From Craspedostauros australis (Eukaryota), in contig JALAGF010002121.1 of NCBI GenBank assembly GCA_030167865.1, positions 1 to 45,394 of the forward strand: 45,394 bases of DNA. The letters are read 5' to 3'. Shown here piece after piece: positions 1 through 8,061 of the stretch (position 1 is the stretch's first letter; the number at the start of each line of letters is the position of its first letter). The position numbers and the translations under genes are program-made. Below the pieces are notes generated by a model that saw nothing but the letters and a program-made list of their open reading frames with translations, had not been told where the DNA came from and ran no database searches.

Positions 1-123
1 GGCCGCATTGGCGTTGAGGACTACATTGAGTTCTGCGATGGACTCGTATGTGGGTACCCCGACGATGGGTTCGACGATTGCCTGCGGAAAGGTGGCGAGG
101 ATCTTCTCGTGGCTGTTGGCCAT
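1..123 (-). CDS. Gag/ORF1 N-terminus of a copia-like retrotransposon (partial, runs off the window)
   Basis: My translation is MANSHEKILATFPQAIVEPIVGVPTYESIAELNVVLNANAA. The FP..+.PI.G.PTYESI..L...LNANAA pattern is one I recognise from diatom LTR-retrotransposon ORF1 proteins. It is missing from the ORF track because it is truncated. Confidence 0.7.
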   Translation of the reverse strand, partial: MANSHEKILATFPQAIVEPIVGVPTYESIAELNVVLNANAA

Positions 124-177
124 GGTGATGATTTTTGGTGATGCTGGTCTTGGTGACCGAGATTTTCAAACGTTGGC

Positions 178-236
178 TATTAGCGAACAACTGTCAATAA
201 GACGAGTAGTGTGTGAATCAATGTTGTTCGCTAATA
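178..236 (-). promoter_or_regulatory. PBS-position sequence plus its perfect 14-bp complement inside the LTR (candidate self-primer hairpin)
   Basis: Plus strand 178-191 TATTAGCGAACAAC and 223-236 GTTGTTCGCTAATA form a perfect inverted repeat with a 31-nt loop. One arm directly abuts the LTR terminus at 192. Confidence 0.75.
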
Positions 237-382
237 TTATGAGATATTACATTGCTGAGCTGAGGAGTTGCGGTCTTGGCTCCTGCTAGTGTCTTGATCT
301 GCTCTAGGAGGAAAGTGGGCGCGAGGTGCGCACTTTGCGTACGGCGGTCAGTCGGGTCACGTGCGGGACTGGAATCAATACA
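192..382 (-). repeat. Putative 5' LTR (about 191 bp)
   Basis: Reads TGTATTGATT...CTTATTGACA on the minus strand, with canonical TG...CA ends. It lies 68 nt upstream of the gag ATG. Confidence 0.62.
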
Positions 383-651
383 GATCCCTTCTTCTGCGTC
401 GCGTCTGTCGCAGGCGTGGTCGACACTTGGTGGGCTGCCACTTCGTGTTCGTCGCCGCCATCATCACGATCATCGTCATTACCCAGGGTCTGCTCTTTGC
501 GCTTGTCGTTGACTTCAACGGACGATGATTCTGCTGCTGTCAATGTTGATGAACAACCGAGCGTCATTTTCCCAAGTATTCTACTTCTGTTGCCGTTGCC
601 GTTGTTCTTTTGTGATGGTCCTTTGTTTGTGTTTGCTGAGTGGATCGGCAT
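383..651 (-). pseudogene. Possible host ORF fragment interrupted by the retrotransposon
   Basis: An acidic, low-complexity ORF (…NDDDRDDGGDEHE…ATQKKGS) runs straight into the LTR start. No recognisable domain. Confidence 0.25.
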
Positions 652-989
652 CAATACAATCGTTCCTCCCTCACATTGGTGGCTTCACATTGGTTCGGAG
701 CAGAATATTTTCTTTTCTCAGGTGTCATTCTGTGGGTCATTCGTTTCCATGCTTGTTCATCGTTGTTGGTTCGTTGTGGCTGTTCCTCTTCGTAGCCGTG
801 CACGCCATCATGCGTCTCAGCCCACGCAATCTCTCCAATGAGATGCGAGTCCCATACGATCAACAGATACAAAGAGAGAGGCAGGACTGATGACATACAG
901 GTAAGTTGCTATGTTGTACTATCGCGGGTAGGATATTATCCTGTGCTCCTACTCGACACCCATCGAACTCGGTTACCTGAAGAAGAGCT

Positions 990-3900
990 TCAAGCATGGA
1001 ATTCATCACTCTCGCTGCTTTTTTCGCTCTTTCCGATGTTGCCGGTCTGACCAGATTCATCTTGGCCGCTCTTCGTTGAACAAACGGCCTCCGACAGCTT
1101 GTCAGCCAGATACGTCGGCTCATTCGGACCCACGCAATCTGCCATAGTCAAAAAGACGATGAACGAGCCCACCGATGCCTGGATGACTGTCAGGAACAGA
1201 ATCAAGGCGAACTTTTGGAAGAAGATGACGATGGTGAAGAGCATGATGGTGGCAGAAGAGATGGTGGTCACCGCCGCCGCCAAGATGGATGGCCCCATGT
1301 GAATCAGAGCGTACTTGGTCCTGATCGAACGATTCGTGTCTCCTGGCAGCAGCGCGTAGGCATGCGTGAAGTGAACCACGAAATCGACGGAAACTCCGAT
1401 GAGGATGGCGAAGCAGATGGATTCGAGGAATCCCAACGTCCACCCAAGGCCGACCAAGCTCGCCGTCACGGAAGTCAGGACGTATGCGATTGCCACGATG
1501 CAGAAGAATGTCAAGACTAGCGATCTGGACGAGAGCAGGATGACGATGGCGGCGGCTGACAGCGCAATAGCTGCCGAACCGTACGCCGTGGAAAGCATGG
1601 AGGTGTTGGTGTCGTACCACCAAAAGTCAGCAGACGAGAAAAACGCTCCATTGACGGTGCTCGGGGCGCCGGCGTTCTGCTTGCTGAACCAGTTATCGAC
1701 GGTGTTCCATTCGCCTTCCAGGACGTCGAATGGATCGTCGAAACTGGCACGGCTGGTGAAGGGAATAGTCACGACCTCCACCTTGCTGCCCTTGGCGAGG
1801 ATGTTCATTTCGTTTGTCGCCTGGGACCAAGCGATGATGCAGGCATCGAAGTTGTTCTCGTCAACAGGCATGGCCGTCGCGCCACCACAGTTGTCGGTGT
1901 AGATTGCTTCTGGATTATCTGACGATGATTGCTCCGTCAGCCACGTATCGAATGCGACGAAAGGACACACGAAAGACGAGTCTGGAAACTTCGCGAATTC
2001 CTGCTCGAAGAAGGTGCCGCAAAAGTCTTTCAGGTAGTTCTGGGCCTCCTCTGGTGCGGCGTCAAACGAGTTGTCCAAAACCAGCTGTGACCAAGACGTT
2101 GGATCGTCTGTTGTTGTTGTTGTTGTTGTTAGAAATCAGCAGGCATTTTACCGGGCAAGGAGTTGAAATGGAGGGAAATTGTGAGAACGCGCGTTTCATG
2201 TCGGCAGAGTATCAATGCTATTGCTATCGTACTGGATGTGCAGCCACCCCACAATCGCATTGCCAACTTAGGTAGCCAAACAGAATAGAGTAGAGCAGCG
2301 CCTTCTCTCAACAGTATTCGTAGAATCCTCACCATGATCACCAGTATCGGCCGGCGTCGTTCCCCACACGACCCACGCCAAACTGCCGCCGCTGCGTGCC
2401 AGCGCATCATCGAGCAGATTCTGTCGCCACAGGTAATTGCGTTCAAATTGGTGCTTGTCGCTGATGAGACGCACGTCGGCGGAGGTTGGGAGATCCAGGG
2501 TGCTGGCGATGTAGGCGGACACGGCCAGGCCGGCCATGCAGACCACCAGCAAGGGCCAGCGGATCAGATGGAGAATGTTGAAGTAGGAAGTGAGGATGCG
2601 TCGGATCAGACTGGGCCGTTCTTCTTCGCCATCGCTGTCAAGTCCGGACGGCTCCGCAACAGCGGCCTCGGCCTCGTCGTCGTCGTCTCCGCCTTTCCCG
2701 GCGCAGCACGCGATGCAACAGTTGGCTTGGTTGGCCATGACGCGACGATCGTAAATGCAAAGGGCCGGGAAGACGAGGAGGATGTTCATGAGGTAGTCGA
2801 ACATGATGAGCAGCCCGCAGAAGATGGCGAACATCTTGATGGGTGCCACGGGGCAGATGGCCGTTCCGAAGAAGGCGATTGCCGTGGTGATAGTCGTGAG
2901 GAACATGGCCTCGGCCGCGTTTGGGAATGCGATGGCGGCAATATCTTCCGTGGGGGCATCGGGGAACTCCAGTCTCGCGTTCTTCCATTTGTCGACCGCG
3001 ACGAAGATGTCGTCGGCTCCGAGCGCAAAGACGACGAAGACACCGATGAAGTTGAGGAAGGGGAAGAAGTTGAGGCCGATGGGGAAGACGTAGACGAAGT
3101 AGGCCAGCGGGAAGGAAAGGATGATCTGCAGCAAACCCAGACCCGTGAGGAAGGGGCTTCGCGTGTGGACCAAGATGGCGACGGTCGTGATGAAGGCTGA
3201 ACCGACGGCCAGGGTCATGTCGCGACCGACCGCCTCATCGCTGTACTTGTTGTTAAAGTGCTCCTCCTGCGTATCGTAGGCACCTTCGACTGTGCCGCCG
3301 CCCTGATCGAACTTGTCCACAATGCCGTAGAGCGTATCAAGGGCAGATTCCGGAGTCGCGAAGACCGACGATGTGTACGAGACGCGGCGGGTTTTGTGAA
3401 AGTCTCCGTTGACCAGGAGGGGACCAAACTCCAACGGGCACGATGATGGATAGACGTAGTCATCATCCGATGTGTAGGTATCGAGGACGTCGGCAACGCA
3501 GGTCGCCCACGTGTCTTCGGTCGTTTTCTGAAAATCTGCATCCCCCCATCCTTGGCTGAGTTCCTCGCACGTCATGTCCATGCCATTCTTGAAATGCATG
3601 CGGACGTAGAGCACCAGTCCATATGGTTGGTAGCACTCATTCTCGGTGGTGGCACACGGATTGATTTTGCAAAGGCCCCTGTCATGCAGAATTTTCTGCG
3701 TGTTGGTCTCCGCGTCGCAAATATCGCGAATGACGTCTGGACTGAGCGCGGTGTTGGAGCTGCTCTTGACCTTCCACACGGGTGATAGCCGGTACGGTTT
3801 GGCGGCGCGGCCCCAATACCAGTCCTGCTCCTCCTGGCACAATTCTTTGGTGCCCTCGCCGACGATGGGGCGGGACGTGTTGGTGTAGTCCACCTGCAGA

Positions 3901-4916
3901 TGACGATTCGGCAGAACTCGAGGAGATGATGATGATGATGACGATCGCGTCGCATCCGAAGCTGGCACGAGAAGACCGTTGCTGAATCTGCTGCGATCAT
4001 TGCTGGCAGACGAGGACGCAAAGTCTGACGTTGGCTTCCACAGCCGATTCCACGAGATTGGAGACGACTGCTCTTCACCGTCGACATTCGCGTCAGAGGC
4101 AGAAGCGGAATCATCAGCAACAGCCGAGAACAGCATGGACATGACATCGATCTCTCGATGATGCTGATCAAAGTCCTCCCGCATTTGCAGGACGTGCGAC
4201 TCGGCCTCCAACCGGCGTTCCGAGATGGAGTCGTCAGTCTCCCAACCCTCCTGCACGTTGCGCTGCAAGTCTTCCCAGAACGCGGCATCCGTCGTGAAGA
4301 GATCCGCTCGGAACGTGTCGACCATGCGCGATTGCGTCTCGCGATCGGAGATGACGGTGCCGCGGCTTTGCCATCCTGCGTTGTCGGCAGCGATGGAGAA
4401 ATCCCCCACCGTGAAGGCGATGACGGAGAGGCCGATGCTGATGATGAGCGAACCGATCAGGTGGATGCAGGGGCTGCGCGCCATGCGACGCGACGAGCTG
4501 TCAGTGATGGCATGGAACCAACCAGTGTGAGCCGCCGCTGTGCTGTTGCTCGTGGTGTTTGCGTCGGTGTGGTCTCCGGGCGACGACGATGTTGTCATTG
4601 CCGCTGACTTGCTCTTGTCGACGCCGTTTCCATTCCCTGTGCTGGCGTCGTCGCTGCTGCTGTCAATGAGCTTCGATGTGGATTCCGTGGAGTTGCCGTT
4701 GTTGCCATCAGCACCGTCCTTCTTCTCGTATGCGTTGTCATCCATGTTGTCATCCATGTTGTCATCCATGTTGTCATCCATGTTGTCATCCATGTTGTCA
4801 TCCATGTTGTCATCCATGTTGTCATCCATACGACTATTGGTGTTGGCATCCATCGCATCCTCCGCAGTTGCTGCGGTCGCTGACTTATCCGTCATCTCTT
4901 CGTGGTTGTCAGTCAT
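990..4916 (-). CDS. Dispatched/Patched-family (RND, sterol-sensing domain) multi-pass membrane protein, 2 exons
   Basis: Exon 1 is 4916-2333 and exon 2 is 2107-990. Intron 2332-2108 (GTGAG...CTAAC...CAG) joins in frame as ..DTGDH-D-DPTSWSQLVLDNSFD. Shows SSD motifs LGADDIFV, MFLTTITTAIAF and IGVSVDFVVHFTHAY, and two TM clusters. Confidence 0.9.
4734..4829 (-). repeat. Coding 12-bp tandem repeat, 8 copies, encoding (MDDN)8
   Basis: GTTGTCATCCAT repeated on the plus strand, in the N-terminal tail of the Dispatched-like protein. Confidence 0.95.
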
Positions 4917-5402
4917 GGTCACAACCTGTTGCTGGGGCTGTCACTGCTGCCGCTCTGTGGTCGCAATGAGGAGAATCGGAAGGCGATGGATGGATGTGCT
5001 GTGAGTCAACTGCGAGGAACGATAGTCGTATTAGTAGTCGTACTGTAGCTTGTATTGGTACCATGCGCTGTGCTCTCGGTCGTATCACTTTCTCTATCCT
5101 TTGCTCCAGATCGTATTTTGTGCTCAACCCAACGTCCTCCTCTGCTTCTTCGCTTCTGATCGTTGTCTTCCCACGAACGAGAGCGAGCGCAAAGAGTAGG
5201 TCGTCCTCGTGCTCACGGTTGGGAACAAGTCAGGCAAGAACCGTTTCCACCTGTTTCCGTCTCTTGGATGTGGGAGGGATGGTGATAGCGTCAACCAACA
5301 GGGGAGTCGCAGTGGAGATGGCCGATGCAGCGTGAGCGTGAGTTTGAGTGTGGGTGTGAGCGTGGGTGTTTGGTGGTGCGGAAAGAGACAGGTGATCGCG
5401 TC

Positions 5403-5444
5403 TGTGGTTGTGGTTGTGGTTGTGGTTGTGGTTGTGGTTGTGGT
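5403..5444. repeat. (TGTGGT)7 microsatellite
   Basis: Read directly; lies in the intergenic region between divergent genes. Confidence 0.9.
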
Positions 5445-6146
5445 TTTGTCAACGCGGATTATTGCTTGGGCAGAAAGACCGTATGAATCTTCTGCCCTTG
5501 TCCGGGAAGTTTCGTCTAGTTTCGCTGTGTGTTGCGATGGACTGTCGCGCCCACCAAAGTGGAATGACATCACCTGCGCTGTGTTGAGTCAGCCCTCTCC
5601 TTGGTGCGGACTCTCTTCCCGCTTGTTCTGTCAATCTTATTGCGATTAAATGTGGCGCTTCAACTTGCGTAACCCCATTCGGGCTCATCGACTTGTTTGA
5701 TGCATTGAGATTGCCTTGTTTGTACTTCCCAGAACCTCTCGGAAGTATTTTGCTTGCCGACATACGGAATCGACGGTCACCTCCAAACACATGAAATTAT
5801 CAATAGCGAACATCCAGCCGCCAAATCAGTGTGACGATAAGTGATGAGACAAAGGAGAAGGCAGAAAATGACCGGAACTCCCTCCTTGCCGCGGTCACAT
5901 CCCATCCAACAACGCCTCTTCGTTGCTACCGCTTTGCAGTGCTACCGCGGTGTCGATACGTTGTACACAGTATTGCAGCGAATGTCGTCCCTACCGACGA
6001 ATGACAGGCGTCCACAACTAGAAAGATACCAAATCGACCCAATTCGCAGCCTCGGACCGCCGAGCATCCAACAACCACACCGACACCACTGACAACCACG
6101 CTGTCGTCATGAACGCAACACCCCTTCCACTTCCACTTCCACTTGA

Positions 6147-7607
6147 ATGCCTCCCTGCCGTTTCGCTGTCTTGGCTCGTATCCAAACACTTGCCCACTCA
6201 TACGAGCTATCATACTATATTCGCAAGAAGTACGAATGCAACATGAAGGTCGAGGTCAAGGTCAAGGACGGCACAGGAGAGGGAGCTCGCCCTCACAAGA
6301 AGTCACGTTCGTTGAACGGCGATGATGGAGACGGGGATGATCATGAGGATGCTCACCATCATGTCGGTGATGGTGGTGGTGATGCGAAGCAACAGACCGA
6401 ACAGGGGAAGGAACAGGTGCAACCCCAGTCATTGCCATCACCACCGCCATCATCATCATTGCCATCATCATCACCCAACATCCCGACATTCGATGTCGCT
6501 TCGCCAGATTTCAACGATGACGTCTTTCGAGAAGCGTACGAGCATTTCCAGGTCGTACATCTCACGGGCGCGCTGCAAGGACGTGACAGAGCGGACAAGG
6601 ATCTGGCACAAGATCAGCGTGTGTTATCGGCCGATGACGTCGGGCACATATACGCACAGCTCAACGAGGAGGATCAGCAATCATGGTGCATCGAGACGCA
6701 GATCAAAGACAAGACCGGCAAGCACAAGGAATCGCGGACACCCAGCACGCCCACGACGCCCCGTGACTTCCTCAGCAACGACGTCAACCACGACAAGACA
6801 GTGGCGTACTGCAGCTTCCTGATCCAGAAAGATGCCGATGCGTACGCTTCCCTCCTGCCGAGGCTGCCCGTGTCAACCTTGCCGTTCGCGCCGCAACTGA
6901 CGTACGAACCGTGCATATGGATGTTCTTTGGCAGAAATTGTTCCATCCATCAACAAGAGCCCATGCAAGGGCGTCCCGAACACACGGACAGCGTCTCACA
7001 TGATGGAACGTGGCACTACCAGCTGGCCGGCACGAAGCGATGGCTCATCCGTCCCACGCCCAACTTGTTGCAACGTATGACCGACAGCTGTCAGACCATG
7101 GCGCAGCCATCTGCCTTGCGCGCCAGCGTCGAACTGTGGAGTCAAAGCAAGGACTGCCGCACCGTCATCGAGTGCGAACACGGTGACATCATCGTCATCA
7201 ACACCAAACTGTGGTACCATCAGACGGTCATTCCGCATCCCACCGCACGCTCCATTTCTTACGCGCGTGACTTCTGGCTGGGCACTCCGCAAATGGGAAC
7301 GAGCATGTCCAACGTGGATGGCATGTACGCAACAGAAGATGTCGTGGCCGGCACGGTCATCTTCACGGAGCACGACATGCCGGATGGGGAACTGCATCGT
7401 TCCAAGTCTGCCGCCAACTGCCAAGTCGTGGAACTGGACGATGGCACCAGCGCCGTTGTGTCATCGCGTGACATCGTTGCGGGGGATTTCTTCTGCATAC
7501 CGGAATCGTCATCGGAAGAAGATGACGACGATGGTGATGGAGACGGGGAAGAATTTGGGACGGACGACGATGGAGGCGGACAAGATGATGATGATGAAGA
7601 AGAATAG
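6147..7607 (+). CDS. JmjC/cupin-type Fe(II)/2-oxoglutarate oxygenase with a short C-terminal SET-like module and acidic tail (start may be ATG 6243)
   Basis: GRPEHTDS (HxD), WHYQLAGTKRWLI and GDIIVINTKLWYHQT (distal His) are JmjC hallmarks. The C-terminal GMYATEDVVAGT...LHRS...ANC...VVSSRDIVAGD resembles SET motifs. Confidence 0.82.
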   Translation: MPPCRFAVLARIQTLAHSYELSYYIRKKYECNMKVEVKVKDGTGEGARPHKKSRSLNGDDGDGDDHEDAHHHVGDGGGDAKQQTEQGKEQVQPQSLPSPPPSSSLPSSSPNIPTFDVASPDFNDDVFREAYEHFQVVHLTGALQGRDRADKDLAQDQRVLSADDVGHIYAQLNEEDQQSWCIETQIKDKTGKHKESRTPSTPTTPRDFLSNDVNHDKTVAYCSFLIQKDADAYASLLPRLPVSTLPFAPQLTYEPCIWMFFGRNCSIHQQEPMQGRPEHTDSVSHDGTWHYQLAGTKRWLIRPTPNLLQRMTDSCQTMAQPSALRASVELWSQSKDCRTVIECEHGDIIVINTKLWYHQTVIPHPTARSISYARDFWLGTPQMGTSMSNVDGMYATEDVVAGTVIFTEHDMPDGELHRSKSAANCQVVELDDGTSAVVSSRDIVAGDFFCIPESSSEEDDDDGDGDGEEFGTDDDGGGQDDDDEEE

Positions 7608-8061
7608 ACCACCCAGCAACCACCTTCACGAGACAGAAATCGAAGCAGGACCACCCGGATGTGCGAGTCGTGCAACACAACGTGGGAGCCTCGACGAAAG
7701 CAAAGGTTTTAGTGAACTTGCAGCACAGCGTCGTTTATCACTACTATGCTCCTTTCTCTAGCTTCTATTTCTGTATCTATGGGTTTTTTGTATGTAGCTG
7801 TTTTGGGGAGAGTAATGAAGTTTGGAATTGCATCACAAATCGACGGCCCTGTTGCGAAAGATGTGTGGAGGTTATGGTGTCGTCTTGGTTGTGCGAGATG
7901 CTCGAAGTCGGATAGACTGCGACATGGTTCATTCTCCAGGATGTTTGCGGCTGCAGTCACACCACGAGAGCCATGCTGCGAGATACGCCCCATACGTTCA
8001 CCTGTGAATACTCCTACGATCGACTCGTGAGCAGGAACACAGACGTTTTAGCGCGATGCCA

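Larger units (their letters stand above)
1..382 (-). mobile_element. 5' end of a Ty1/copia-like (diatom CoDi-type) LTR retrotransposon; the body continues beyond the left edge
   Basis: On the minus strand: a TGT...ACA bounded segment (382->192), a PBS-position motif (191->178), a short leader, then ATG at 123 opening a gag-like ORF. Only one LTR is visible, so the outer boundary is inferred. Confidence 0.72.

Noticed and set aside
178-236. Intrinsic terminator or MITE as the explanation for the 14-bp inverted repeat
   Set aside because: There is no GC stem with a U-tract and no target duplication, and one arm sits exactly at the LTR end upstream of a gag-like ATG.
5403-5444. Telomeric repeat
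   Set aside because: The unit is TGTGGT rather than TTAGGG-like, and the tract is short and internal; an ordinary microsatellite.
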